Assembly: GCA_002255365.1 (NCBI GenBank)
Contig: NCBI01000013.1
Coordinates: 955-64,954 of the forward strand
DNA length: 64,000 bases
DNA from: Chromatiales bacterium 21-64-14
GTDB lineage: Bacteria; Pseudomonadota; Gammaproteobacteria; 21-64-14
Direction: 5' to 3'
Below are positions 10,339 to 20,901 of this stretch, in pieces. The notes under the pieces are model-generated. The model saw only the letters and a program-made list of their open reading frames with translations, had not been told where the DNA came from and ran no database searches. Positions within the stretch are counted from its first letter, which is position 1. Each line of letters begins with the position of its first letter. Position numbers and translations under genes: made by a program.

Positions 10339-11100
10339 TCAAGGCCGGGGCTCCACAACTCCGTGGATCACGATCGCATGGCTCGTCAGCGCTCCGACGA
10401 TTGGCAGCACTTTGAGGATCCAACGCGCAACCTGGGTCTCACCCAGCCATTGGAGTGTAGCGAAGCGGGCGGGGAAAATCGGTATCCAATAGAGATGCAC
10501 ATCACACAAACCACATTCCTTAGCCATGCGCTTGAGCTGAAAAGGTGACTCGTATCGCACATGGGGTGGCCGGCCTTGCACCCACCGCCGCAGGCGTTCA
10601 GACACGTGCGGCAAGCACCAGCCATTCAATGCGTCGATCCATACTTCTCCGCCTGACCGTACAACCCGCGCCAGTTCACGTACGAGCCGGTCTGACGACG
10701 ATAATGCCTGCACTACACCAAAGCATAGTGCGCCGTCGAACGCGTCGTCTGGAACCGGGAGGTCCGTCACGTCCGCAACTGCCCAGTAGATATCCGTATT
10801 CCCGCGAGCACGCGCCTTTGTAATCGTAGGCACCGAGTAGTCGAATCCGATGACCCGGCAGCCGCGCAAGGCCAAGTCTCGTGCATAGGTCCCCGCACCG
10901 CAGCCAGCATCCGCCCACAGACCAGCGAGCCTTCTATCACCCAACAACCACCGGAAGTTCTGTAGGCGCGCCTGCAGGCCGGATGGGCTCCAACCGGCGA
11001 TTCCGGCGTCATCCTCTGAAGCCTCCGCGAACCGCGTGAAACGCCGGCGCCAACCCTTCTCGAAGGGTTCCTGCGCCCGCGGCCGATTACCGTCCGCCAT
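10339..11100 (-). CDS. Class I SAM-dependent methyltransferase
   Basis: Motif I WADAGCGAGTYARDL. ATG at 11100. Overlaps the upstream ligase-like gene by 14 nt. Confidence 0.65.
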   Translation of the reverse strand: MADGNRPRAQEPFEKGWRRRFTRFAEASEDDAGIAGWSPSGLQARLQNFRWLLGDRRLAGLWADAGCGAGTYARDLALRGCRVIGFDYSVPTITKARARGNTDIYWAVADVTDLPVPDDAFDGALCFGVVQALSSSDRLVRELARVVRSGGEVWIDALNGWCLPHVSERLRRWVQGRPPHVRYESPFQLKRMAKECGLCDVHLYWIPIFPARFATLQWLGETQVARWILKVLPIVGALTSHAIVIHGVVEPRP

Positions 11101-12418
11101 CCGCCGTGACTCCGGGTGGTCTGACAAATTCCCGAATAGGTGCCCGCACCTTTGCCACCTCCGTCCCGATGGTTGGGGCTTCCGCCAAGTGGCGTTGCAC
11201 CAATACCTGCAGCAGGATCTGAATTGCAACCAAATGCCAGGCAAGGTCAAAATAGGAAAGCCCCAGAAATGCCCCGCCCACGGCGTAGGCCACCAAGCTC
11301 ACCTGCACCATCGCAGCCATATCAGAAGCCCATTTCAGATCAGGACGATCCCGGCATTCGCGCACGGTCCGTGAACCATAGCGCCAGGCCATAATCCCGA
11401 TCGTCAAGAAAATCATCAGCCCGGGATAACCGTGTTCACCCAACATCTCGAAATAGATGCTGTGAGAATCGTGGTAATTGTCCGGTTCCGGCGCATACTT
11501 TTTGAACAACGGCCGCGTAAAGGCCTCAAATCCACCTCCCACGATGGGTCTGGCATTCGCCAGGTGAAAAGCAAACCACCATGCGTTGATACGCCCCAGG
11601 GCGGACCGGTCCTTATGGTAGGTCTCGATTGTGTCCATCTTGTGAAAATACTGCTTGGGCATGAAATGGTACATCGTGGACACGACCAGGATCAGGCCAA
11701 TTCCGATCAGCGCACGCTTGCGGCTTTTTGCCCAGAGCATGAACCCCATCGCTCCCCCGGCCAGAAACGCGCCTCGCGAATAGGTGCCTACGATCGCCAC
11801 CCCTGTCAGCGCCATCGCTACCCCTAGCCCGCGCCGCACCCACTTGCTCTCTGTATTCAGCTGCAGATACCGGAACAGTGGCAATGTCATGCTCAGCGCC
11901 AGCCCGATTTCCGTGTTTCCCGGCATGAAACTGTGCGGTGGGCCGAGCACCATATACTGTCCACCAGTCAGGATTGTGAACAGGCCCCCTTTGACGCCGA
12001 AGAAACCGACTGAGCACGCGATCACCCAGACCAAGGCATGCAGCCGCTTCCTATCTTGCATGAGCATTATAGTGACGAAAGTCATCAACTGCACCTTGGC
12101 CACCTTTTCCCACTCGATCCACCCAGCCACCGGATTGAGCATGAACAGCGATGTGAAGATAACCCACACGTTGAATACGACAAGCATGATCATCAACCCA
12201 TTCCAAGGCAGACGCTTCGGCTCCCGGGATATCACCAGGGCGGCAAGGGTGGTTACACCGACAATCATCGCAAACGGATAGTTGTACGCGAAGCCCCAGG
12301 TCAAGCGGTGCGGATTCATATACCCGATCCAGGACCACATCAGAATCCCGATCCAGGGTCGGACGAGGATAAACGGCAGGGAACCAAAAATGATGATCGC
12401 AACTGCTACGCCTCTCAT
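11087..12418 (-). CDS. O-antigen ligase-like (Wzy/WaaL family) putative EPS polymerase, exosortase-A-associated
   Basis: Multi-TM protein with the O-antigen-ligase-like loop (TYSRGAFLAGGAMGF). ATG at 12418 with GGAG upstream. 4-nt overlap with wzx. Confidence 0.7.
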   Translation of the reverse strand: MRGVAVAIIIFGSLPFILVRPWIGILMWSWIGYMNPHRLTWGFAYNYPFAMIVGVTTLAALVISREPKRLPWNGLMIMLVVFNVWVIFTSLFMLNPVAGWIEWEKVAKVQLMTFVTIMLMQDRKRLHALVWVIACSVGFFGVKGGLFTILTGGQYMVLGPPHSFMPGNTEIGLALSMTLPLFRYLQLNTESKWVRRGLGVAMALTGVAIVGTYSRGAFLAGGAMGFMLWAKSRKRALIGIGLILVVSTMYHFMPKQYFHKMDTIETYHKDRSALGRINAWWFAFHLANARPIVGGGFEAFTRPLFKKYAPEPDNYHDSHSIYFEMLGEHGYPGLMIFLTIGIMAWRYGSRTVRECRDRPDLKWASDMAAMVQVSLVAYAVGGAFLGLSYFDLAWHLVAIQILLQVLVQRHLAEAPTIGTEVAKVRAPIREFVRPPGVTADGGR

Positions 12419-14001
12419 CGGAAATCTCCGGATCCGGTGCTGCCTGCGGCCGCGGAGCGCACGCCAGACGCTGCGGTCCTGGTGGCACGGACACTCATGA
12501 ACAAAGATTTGATCTCGGCAATTTGCGCCCGATTGATAACAATACTGATTAATCCGTAGGTGATCACACCAATCCCCACCAGAAATGCCAGCCGTTCGCC
12601 CACTAGCCAATGCATGTGGCCGCCGATCCACCACTGCGCCACCTTGACCGCTAAAAACATCAATGCGGATGCTCCCGCCGGTCGGGCAAGCGACGCGTGA
12701 AACGTCCTGAGCGGCAGCTTAACCAGCCTGAACGCCACCCAATAATTTGCATAGGCCACCAGAAATGCCGCTAGCGCATAGCCGCCAGCAACCCCCACGA
12801 CCCCCCATGGCAACCCAAGCACGACAAAGGTGAGGAAAACCGGGGTGGCGAACAGGGAAAAGACCAAACGTCTCTGTGCATGCCCGGTGCTCAGATAAAT
12901 CAGCCCCGCCGTGGTACCGACGCTCTGGAGCATTCCAACCCAGCAGAGGATCTGCAGGACCGGAAGCATCGGGAGCCACTTGGCACCGAATACGACCGTA
13001 ACTAGATCGTGAGCAACAGCGAACAGACCGACCATCATTGGAAATGTTAGAAACGCAATGGCCGCTACGGCCTTCAAATATACTTCTCGATAGCGCGCCA
13101 ATTCGTCCTGCAACGTCGACAAGAGCGGGAACAGAATTCTAACGATGACCTGACTGACCTGATTCATGGGGTACAACATCAGTTGATACGCAAGCGAATA
13201 GTACCCGAGCGGCCCGCTCCCCAGAAATTTTCCAACCAACAGATTGTCGCCTTCCCGATGCGCGTAGTTCACCATGTCGGCACCGAGGACCGCTGCACTG
13301 AACCCGGTCATCTTGCGGATGCTCGCCCACTGGAAGCTCCGGTCCGGAACCCAACGCGCATACAGCACAGTCAACAGCATGGTGGTTGCGGAACCGACCA
13401 GCGGTTGCACAACCAGACTCCATACCCCAAAGCCCAGCCACGCCATAGCTACCGCGCATACGCCGCCGATGATGCTACCCGCCACCTGTGCCTTGGCGAT
13501 TTCCGCGAATCTCAACCCCTTGTACAGAATCGCCCTCGGTACCACCACGAATCCGCCGAATACCAGTCCGATCGACAGGACTGTGATGATCGCTGCAAGC
13601 CGGGGGTCACCATAGAAACTCGCGATCCAGGGAGCCGAAATGGCGAGCGCCAACGCAAGAACGACCGCCACCAATACGTTCAGCCAAAAACTCGATGAAA
13701 GGGCGACGCCGGTTAGTTCCTTGACCTGAACGATTGCGGCCCCGAGGCCAAAGTCCGCAAAGAGCTGCACCAGCCCGTAGAACACCAGTGCCATTCCGAG
13801 CAGGCCAAAATCCGCAGGCATCAGTAGTCGCGCGAGGAGCACTGATGTCGCCACCTGGACTATTTGGCGCAGTACTTGGCCACCTCCGGTCCACAGAACG
13901 CCTCGGGCAGCCGTAGTACCTAACCCTTCCTCCGGCTCCGAACTGCTTGAGCCTATTGGCATTACACCGTTCACGGGCCGGGCTGCGTCTGGTCTGGTCA
14001 A
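12415..14001 (-). CDS. Wzx-like polysaccharide flippase (MOP superfamily)
   Basis: 528-aa polytopic membrane protein, polysaccharide-biosynthesis (Wzx) family. 4-nt overlaps on both sides. Confidence 0.75.
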   Translation of the reverse strand: MTRPDAARPVNGVMPIGSSSSEPEEGLGTTAARGVLWTGGGQVLRQIVQVATSVLLARLLMPADFGLLGMALVFYGLVQLFADFGLGAAIVQVKELTGVALSSSFWLNVLVAVVLALALAISAPWIASFYGDPRLAAIITVLSIGLVFGGFVVVPRAILYKGLRFAEIAKAQVAGSIIGGVCAVAMAWLGFGVWSLVVQPLVGSATTMLLTVLYARWVPDRSFQWASIRKMTGFSAAVLGADMVNYAHREGDNLLVGKFLGSGPLGYYSLAYQLMLYPMNQVSQVIVRILFPLLSTLQDELARYREVYLKAVAAIAFLTFPMMVGLFAVAHDLVTVVFGAKWLPMLPVLQILCWVGMLQSVGTTAGLIYLSTGHAQRRLVFSLFATPVFLTFVVLGLPWGVVGVAGGYALAAFLVAYANYWVAFRLVKLPLRTFHASLARPAGASALMFLAVKVAQWWIGGHMHWLVGERLAFLVGIGVITYGLISIVINRAQIAEIKSLFMSVRATRTAASGVRSAAAGSTGSGDFR

Positions 14002-15392
14002 GGCCTGGCCTCGGGAGCGTGGCTGACAACATAGCGAAACTTCCCCGACTTCTCGCCCTCGATCTCGGAAGTGAGGTCAACCAGCACCTCGACCGTGGGC
14101 CCGAGCCGCTCCTGGAAACCCCGAACGATGCGTTCCCGTGATTCTGGTGCAAAACCATTGATCGGTTGAATAAGCACGCGGACCTGATTGCGGGTATCCT
14201 GAATAATCTTGAACGCCCGTACGCCGGGCAACTCCCGGATCACGTAGATTAGCGCCAAACCATGCATGACGGTTCCATCGGCCGCGACGACGAAATCCGT
14301 GGACCGCCCCTGAATATCTTTCAACAAAGGAAGCCCCCGACCGCATGGGCACTCCGCATCGTGCAGGGTCCCAATATCACCGGTGCGGTAGCGGATAAAT
14401 GGATACGCCCTGGTCGCCAGATGCGTCACGACGATCTCCCCTGCCTCCCCCGGTGCCACTGATTTACCAGTGCCATCAATGATCTCTACGATGATATCTT
14501 CGGCAGACAGATGCATTCCGCCGGACGGGCACTCGTGGGCGATGAATCCCGCATCACGACCGCCATAGCCGTTGGCGACTGGGCAACCGAATACCTCGCC
14601 TAACAATCGTCGCTGCTCCTCATACAAACGCTCTCCGGTTGTGAAGACTACCCGGATCCCCGCGTCGGACAACACCACCCCATGCCCCTGCGCGAAGGAT
14701 GCAAGCCGATGTAGCGCGGAGGGATATCCGAACAGCATGCGTGGCCGGCGGGCGTTGACAATCCGCGCGTAAGCGGAAAGATCGGCATCCGACATGCGGA
14801 AGGCGGGCAACAAACGACTATTGAACAATCGATCACGAATCGCTCTCACGCGATCCTGTGCGGCCAATTCGATCGGTGATCCCCATAGGACAATCTCAGG
14901 GTCACCGATATCCACGCCCCACCAGCGCGTTGCTCGCCATTTGGCGGCGACGTCGTGACTTACACGCTCGGCGCCGAGATAGAACACCATCGGTTCGCCA
15001 GTAGAACCGCCGGTGTTGGAACGCTGCAACCGACCCGGAACGTCGGAGCACAAGCGCGTTCCATTGACGCGGATGATCTCCTTCGTGCAAAACGGGAGAT
15101 CTCTCAGGTCATCGATGCTCCGGACCGCATCCCAGGAAAACCCAGTGGCGCGAAAGAGGTCGCGGTAATAGGGCACATTGTCCGCCGCATGGGCCAGGAG
15201 CGCACGCAGCCGCTCAATTCGGAGTTCCTCCAGTACCTGCGGACTCCACCACTGGCTGCGCTCGAGGCTGCGCCGGCGGCGCACCGTGTCGTGCCCCTTA
15301 ACCCATTCATGAACCGGGAACAGGGCACGCGTAACCGAAGCTCTTCGGATGTTGCGCAGTGCCTCGCGCAGCGCGGCTGGAATTTCTTTCAT
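13998..15392 (-). CDS. Phenylacetate-CoA ligase (PaaK)/CapK-like adenylate-forming enzyme
   Basis: Adenylation P-loop RSNTGGSTGEPMVFY. PaaK-family C-terminal region. ATG at 15392. Confidence 0.7.
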   Translation of the reverse strand: MKEIPAALREALRNIRRASVTRALFPVHEWVKGHDTVRRRRSLERSQWWSPQVLEELRIERLRALLAHAADNVPYYRDLFRATGFSWDAVRSIDDLRDLPFCTKEIIRVNGTRLCSDVPGRLQRSNTGGSTGEPMVFYLGAERVSHDVAAKWRATRWWGVDIGDPEIVLWGSPIELAAQDRVRAIRDRLFNSRLLPAFRMSDADLSAYARIVNARRPRMLFGYPSALHRLASFAQGHGVVLSDAGIRVVFTTGERLYEEQRRLLGEVFGCPVANGYGGRDAGFIAHECPSGGMHLSAEDIIVEIIDGTGKSVAPGEAGEIVVTHLATRAYPFIRYRTGDIGTLHDAECPCGRGLPLLKDIQGRSTDFVVAADGTVMHGLALIYVIRELPGVRAFKIIQDTRNQVRVLIQPINGFAPESRERIVRGFQERLGPTVEVLVDLTSEIEGEKSGKFRYVVSHAPEARP

Positions 15393-15495
15393 CGATTTCC
15401 AGCCCCATCCGCACCACGGGTGTCCCACGGTTCCGGACGCACCCCGTTAGAAGCCAGGCCGATCCACCGGCACCGGTCCGGCACCCCACGCTTAT

Positions 15496-17070
15496 TCAAT
15501 CCCTGGCCGGCCTATGCACGGCCGCAACCGGTGCCAACGGCCCCATGTCGCGAGCAAATTGTTGTAGGACCCGGCGCGCCGCGCTGGGTCCGACCTCGTA
15601 ATCGGCACTGATCGCAACCACTGCGGCCACGTCACCACCATGCCGGAGATCCTCCCAAGCCTGTAGCAGCTTGGCCTGCGTCGGGTCGGTGGTAATCCGG
15701 CCGCCAATCCGGTACCAACTCCAGACCAGGCGATCCGTGGCCCCAGACCGGAGCATCGTCTCGACTACCCACATGCGCCGGCCACCCATGGATATCTCTC
15801 GGGAGTCCGAGCTGATCCGGGCCCAGTGCCGGTTGTCATATAACTGGTTTCCCCACTTGATCAACTCAGAGCCTTGGCGTTCGCGCAGGTAGTACGCGGA
15901 GTATAGGTATACCGTGTCAGCGCCCATGGTGTAGGCTCGCAGAAATGTGCCGCTGGCGCCCCGGAAAACCGGACGCCAATCGTCCGCAGTCGTCAACGGG
16001 CCACGCCATGGAGAACGCGCCAGCGGCGCCATCAGGGCCGTCGGCTCCGGAGTATGCGCAGCCCGGACGTCCAGCCACCGCAAGGCGCCCGGACCAGCAC
16101 CCGCGGAACCGACGAGCAGCGCCGCGCATAGCGCCACGTACCAGCCACTGCTACGTCCCCGCCACGCGGTGACGGAATCTCCTTCCGCACGGCCCGCGTC
16201 CGGGGCTGCGTTCCGCTCCCGAATGAACTGACCCGCCCAAAACAGAAGAAACATCACCAGACCGAAGAATATCCAGCCATAAATGATGTGATCCACGCCG
16301 GTCGCAAGCCGCATGTCGCTCGCGTAGGCGATCGCGACGATACCCGCGGCCCGGAGCCCGTTCGCGATGATCGGGACTATGACCGCAAACGCGACGAACA
16401 GAAGTCGCCGCCACACCGTCCTGTAGACGAGATAGGCGTACACCGTCCCCAGTACCACGGATGCGATCAGGTAGCGCAGCCCGGAGCAGGCCTGTGCGAC
16501 TTCGAACGTACCCGTTGGTATCGAGATATATCGCCCCTCCAGAAACACCGGAATGTGTACCCACTGAAGGATCGATACCGCGAATCGGGCGGTAAAGTCC
16601 TGCAACGGCGGGATCAAACCATCCCCCATGGGAACGGCGAAAAACAGATAGCCGAGCGGAAACAGCATCTGCCGCACCACACGGGTTCCGAGCAAGCCCC
16701 AAACGATGGCGATGGCCATCGCCACCAGCATGAGCTGCTGGGTCAGGAGCACGTCGATGCGAGCCGACACCGCCCATGCGAGCGCCCCTGACAGTACTAA
16801 TAGCAGGGCCCATGGATTGAGTACCGGTTGGATCCGGCGGATGATTGCGCGCCGGCACCATATCAGATAAAGGCTGATAGGCAGGATGAGAAATCCGTGC
16901 GCGAAGGTTTCCGACCGCCACCAGATATCCACCAGCGACCGAACCGTTCCGGCGTACAACAGCAGCAGCGCGGACAGAGACACGCACAACGCAGCGAGCG
17001 TCGTGCCCCAGCGAACGCCGGGGGCCTCTGCGACTACCTCGGCCGTTTGTGTTGCCATGCGCGTGTGCAA
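15496..17070 (-). CDS. xrtA: Exosortase A (XrtA) fused to an EpsI domain
   Basis: Exosortase signature region SETFAHGFLILPISLYLIW and multiple TM segments in the N-terminal ~290 aa. The C-terminal ~210 aa has the EpsI-like YxxYYxxQxxGxEL region. ATG probably at 17058. Confidence 0.85.
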   Translation of the reverse strand: MHTRMATQTAEVVAEAPGVRWGTTLAALCVSLSALLLLYAGTVRSLVDIWWRSETFAHGFLILPISLYLIWCRRAIIRRIQPVLNPWALLLVLSGALAWAVSARIDVLLTQQLMLVAMAIAIVWGLLGTRVVRQMLFPLGYLFFAVPMGDGLIPPLQDFTARFAVSILQWVHIPVFLEGRYISIPTGTFEVAQACSGLRYLIASVVLGTVYAYLVYRTVWRRLLFVAFAVIVPIIANGLRAAGIVAIAYASDMRLATGVDHIIYGWIFFGLVMFLLFWAGQFIRERNAAPDAGRAEGDSVTAWRGRSSGWYVALCAALLVGSAGAGPGALRWLDVRAAHTPEPTALMAPLARSPWRGPLTTADDWRPVFRGASGTFLRAYTMGADTVYLYSAYYLRERQGSELIKWGNQLYDNRHWARISSDSREISMGGRRMWVVETMLRSGATDRLVWSWYRIGGRITTDPTQAKLLQAWEDLRHGGDVAAVVAISADYEVGPSAARRVLQQFARDMGPLAPVAAVHRPARD

Positions 17071-17074
17071 TCCA

Positions 17075-17965
17075 TCAACAGCCGGGGTCCCGTAGCGCGC
17101 AAGGGGTCGCTCTCGGTACCTCCCCGGACGCTTCCAGGTAGACGCGATCCATCCGGTCCCATCGAAAGTCCTTCAGGAGCCGGCCCAGACGTGCTTCCAT
17201 ACGCTCGAGGTTCAGGTAGTGCCGTATCCGGGTCTTGAGCCTCAGGGAGTCCGGACGGGGTTGTTCCGGATCAAGTTCCCAGGGGTGAAAATAGAACACG
17301 GCGGGCTGGTGATCGGATCGGTTCACGCGCCGGATGGCCCAGCGGGAAATCTGGTACGGGAAGAGCCTGAAATATCCGCCGCCGCCGCAGGGCAGATTGC
17401 GGTTGAGAAGCGACACCGTCGTGATCGGCACTTCCAGGATCCCGCTACGCCCATACCGGAACGGAAAGCGTGGTGCTTCCGGCATCCCGTAGAGATCGTG
17501 ACGTATCGGGTAGATACTTGAACTATACCGATAACCGGCCGCTTCGAGCACATCCAGCGCCCACAGGTTGTCGCGCCCGATGGAATAGCTCGCAGCACGA
17601 TAGCCGGCTACCGCTACGCCCGCGACCTGCTCAAGGAGTGCCTTGGTGCGAGTGACGTCCTCGCGGAACTCGGCCTGTGACTGCCGTACTACCCGGACGT
17701 GCGCGTACCCATGACTGGCAAGCTCGTGTCCCCGATGGACAATCTCGCGCACGAGATCCGGAAACCGCTCTGCAACCCAGCCGAGCGTAAAGAACGTGGC
17801 CTTCACGCTACACCGATCGAACAAATCGAGCACGAGACGCGTGTTACGTTCCACGCGCGAGGGTAGGGTTGGCCAACTCTGCTTCGGAATTTGTTTCTCG
17901 AACGCCGAGACCTGGAAATAATCCTCCACATCGACGCTCATTGCGTTGACTACGCATTGTGTCAT
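17075..17965 (-). CDS. XrtA/PEP-CTERM-system polysaccharide deacetylase
   Basis: MSVDVEDYFQV start region characteristic of the PEP-CTERM-associated NodB deacetylases. Immediately upstream of xrtA. Start is ATG 17965, or 17941, or GTG 17971. Confidence 0.8.
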   Translation of the reverse strand: MTQCVVNAMSVDVEDYFQVSAFEKQIPKQSWPTLPSRVERNTRLVLDLFDRCSVKATFFTLGWVAERFPDLVREIVHRGHELASHGYAHVRVVRQSQAEFREDVTRTKALLEQVAGVAVAGYRAASYSIGRDNLWALDVLEAAGYRYSSSIYPIRHDLYGMPEAPRFPFRYGRSGILEVPITTVSLLNRNLPCGGGGYFRLFPYQISRWAIRRVNRSDHQPAVFYFHPWELDPEQPRPDSLRLKTRIRHYLNLERMEARLGRLLKDFRWDRMDRVYLEASGEVPRATPCALRDPGC

Positions 17966-18212
17966 TACCACTGTTTTCCTGGATCCGTCATGATACGTAT
18001 GCTACCGCCCTCTCCGAGACGGAGCCGCCGATGTCGCTACCCGCCCGCGGCCCCAGCGGCGATACAGAAGCATTGTGTCGACGATGCTGCAGGCGCGCTA
18101 TGCCAGAGACCGGAAATCGTCCACCACCTGAGGATCCCGCCGCGCCACGTACCCGACACACGGGTCGTCCACTACGGGTACACGACCCGGAACCGCGCCG
18201 GGACGTATCCGA

Positions 18213-19757
18213 TCAAAACTCCACCGTAACCCCCAACGACACCATATTCACGGAATAATCCGCCGATGCATTGGAGTTCCGTTGGAGGTGCGTAACCGAC
18301 AGCGAAGTATTGGCGTACCGTCCGAGTTGATATATCAAGGCCCCACTGGCCTCCCACAAGTTGTCGACCCGGACACCATCAACAAACTGCCATCGCTGCC
18401 AATAGCCGGAAACCTCGGCGCTCGTGCGCACCCCCAGGTTGCGGTTCCAGGATGCGTCGACTCCCGTAACGGTTTCCTTGGAGCCGGTAAATTCGTACGT
18501 GCGTTCGGACCGTGACACCGTAGCGGACACCCGGTCACGGAGCCCGTGGGCTCCGAGCGTTACGGATAACTGCCGATTGATGAATACCTCTGCGGACAAG
18601 CCCGGGAGCGAGGGAGCCAGCACCTGCGTGACTTGTCCGTTGGGACCAGCGATCAGGGGCTGCAACTCTAGGGCCAAAGAGGAGATCGTGCTCGGCTCCT
18701 CCGAATAGTTCACGGATGCTGAGGTCCACGCACCTTCATTCCGGAACGATGCCTCAATGGTACGTCCGAAGAAACGCCTGCCGTAACTGGCTTCGAGGTA
18801 CGAGCGCGGTGTAATGTCCCACTGAAATCCGCCGCTCCAGATTTTCCCCTTCGGCTGCTGTACGGTAGGACCGAACTGGAAATTGTTGTTCTCGTAGCCG
18901 CCACGCACCACAAGCCGGAACTTCGACTGCACGGGATAACGGGCCTCGCCCAGCACGCGCTCAAAAATAACGTCCTGTGATCCGTCGAAGTTGGTCCGGC
19001 TGTGATTGTAAGACAAGCGGAGCCCGAGACCCGGCACGTCCGGCCCGGTCTCGATTGAAGTGCCTTCCTCACTGGTCTGGCTCCCGGAAAGCTGTTGGGT
19101 ATTGTAGTCGACCACACTGTAGGAATAGTGGGCGCGGACAATGGCCATCTGACCAAACGAATGCTGGAAACGCGGAGTGGCCGAGTAGGTTAGAACATTG
19201 GTCCGGTTCCCGCTGATCGATACATTGCTGAGCGGAACCGGATCAGTTGGGGATATCAGGGCCTGGGATGCCGTCGCCTCGGCACCCAGTGCGAACGTCC
19301 CCGGCCACAGATCCGCGTCCAAGGTAGAGAAAAGCTGATGGAAGGTTGCGTTGCTGGATGAATTCTTGGCATAAAATATGTTCTGCATCTGGTAGTTGGC
19401 CAGAAGATTTAATCGTCGTGAGGCCTTACTGATAGAGATCGCCGGATTGACCTCTGTAACAAAATCGCTGCGTTCCTGGCCCGACGCCGCGAGGGCAATG
19501 TTGTCGTCGTAGAGCTCTTGCACGTTGAGCGACGGAACGAGATTCCATCCGGGCCCGGTCGGTGTGGGAGCCACAGGCCCGGACCCAGGCCCCACATTGA
19601 CTCCATACGGGTTGCCGCTACCCAACGCCGCGTTCACGTCGAGCGCGTGCGCGGTTCCAATCCCGGGACCCGCCATCACGCCAGCCGTTGTCAGAAGTTG
19701 GGCCCATCTCCACAATTTATGTATTACCCGGTTATTAGATGTTCTTCTCATTCGCAC
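18213..19757 (-). CDS. PEP-CTERM-locus outer-membrane beta-barrel protein
   Basis: Signal peptide, beta-strand-rich sequence, C-terminal ...VTVEF (terminal Phe typical of OMPs). Confidence 0.6.
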   Translation of the reverse strand: MRMRRTSNNRVIHKLWRWAQLLTTAGVMAGPGIGTAHALDVNAALGSGNPYGVNVGPGSGPVAPTPTGPGWNLVPSLNVQELYDDNIALAASGQERSDFVTEVNPAISISKASRRLNLLANYQMQNIFYAKNSSSNATFHQLFSTLDADLWPGTFALGAEATASQALISPTDPVPLSNVSISGNRTNVLTYSATPRFQHSFGQMAIVRAHYSYSVVDYNTQQLSGSQTSEEGTSIETGPDVPGLGLRLSYNHSRTNFDGSQDVIFERVLGEARYPVQSKFRLVVRGGYENNNFQFGPTVQQPKGKIWSGGFQWDITPRSYLEASYGRRFFGRTIEASFRNEGAWTSASVNYSEEPSTISSLALELQPLIAGPNGQVTQVLAPSLPGLSAEVFINRQLSVTLGAHGLRDRVSATVSRSERTYEFTGSKETVTGVDASWNRNLGVRTSAEVSGYWQRWQFVDGVRVDNLWEASGALIYQLGRYANTSLSVTHLQRNSNASADYSVNMVSLGVTVEF

Positions 19758-19944
19758 AGTCCCTGGCCGTTTTATACCCTATGGGTTCACCCAGATCCCC
19801 GATCCACCAACCTAGCGCGTACCGACCGGACAAACCCATGTCGCCGCGCACTGGAGGCGATCCCCGAATCGATGCGCCGCACACCACTGGTCTGCCCCGC
19901 GGTGTACCGTTATGCAGCCGTCCGGCCGATAAGTCGGGCGGATC

Positions 19945-20871
19945 TCACCCGTAGTAATATTCCGATTGAAATACGCGCGGATACCGGTTGAGAATCAGTC
20001 CAACGGGCTTTTCCGCATCCAGGAGCGCCAAGGCCTCGCTCACGACGCCCTGACTGGTGCTGCCGGCCGCCACTACCACGACGATCTGTCCCGCGAGGCT
20101 CGCGAGTACCACCGCCTGAGTCGCTGCGAGCAGGGGGGGGGAATCGAATATCACCAGCCGGTCGGGATATCGTTCGGAGAGTTCCTCCACCAAATCCTTC
20201 ATCGCGTCGCTGGCCAGCAATTCTGTGCCATATTGGTGCCGCCTACCGGCGGGAAGCACACTCAGCCGCGGAATATTCGTCTGCAACAGAAGTTCGCTCA
20301 AGTCCAGTGATGGGTCCTCCATCACATCCGTTAATCCCCTATCGGTGGAGATCCCCAAAACCTGCGCGACATTGGGTCGCTGGAGATCAGCGTCGATCAG
20401 GAGCACCCGACGATCCCGCTCCATGGCGATACTCATGGCCAGATTGATGGAACTGAAAGTCTTGCCTTCGCCTGCCACTGCGCTGGTAACCATCACCAAG
20501 TTGCGCTTCGGCGCCGCACCCGGTCCGTAAGAGAAGGCGTTGGTTAGCAACGGGCGCTTGATCAGACGGAATTCTTCGCTAATACGTGTGCCGGTGGTGG
20601 CGGGGGTCACCATCCCCATCGCGGTAAGCCGCTCCACATCAACCTGCACCGTCTGCGACGACTTGCGCGCCGCCGGCTCATTCGCGATCTGGCTCGGCGG
20701 TTGACCATGGCGCTCCTGGGAATCCGGTCGGTCGGTCCCCTCCCGGGTCGTAGCCAGGTCCTGATGTTCGGGTCGAACCGCAGTCGCCCCCGCGAGCTCC
20801 GGTCTTTCGGCAGGCCGGTCCCGCACGGACTTCCCGTTCGCTAAACTGATCGCTTTCTCGATTATACCCAT
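19945..20871 (-). CDS. EPS/PEP-CTERM-locus tyrosine autokinase (MinD/ParA-like ATPase)
   Basis: Walker A AGEGKT. DxD. C-terminal Tyr cluster ...SEYYYG. Confidence 0.8.
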   Translation of the reverse strand: MGIIEKAISLANGKSVRDRPAERPELAGATAVRPEHQDLATTREGTDRPDSQERHGQPPSQIANEPAARKSSQTVQVDVERLTAMGMVTPATTGTRISEEFRLIKRPLLTNAFSYGPGAAPKRNLVMVTSAVAGEGKTFSSINLAMSIAMERDRRVLLIDADLQRPNVAQVLGISTDRGLTDVMEDPSLDLSELLLQTNIPRLSVLPAGRRHQYGTELLASDAMKDLVEELSERYPDRLVIFDSPPLLAATQAVVLASLAGQIVVVVAAGSTSQGVVSEALALLDAEKPVGLILNRYPRVFQSEYYYG

Positions 20872-20901
20872 GGCAGGATTCTCTTGCGGGCGCCCGTTAC
20901 C

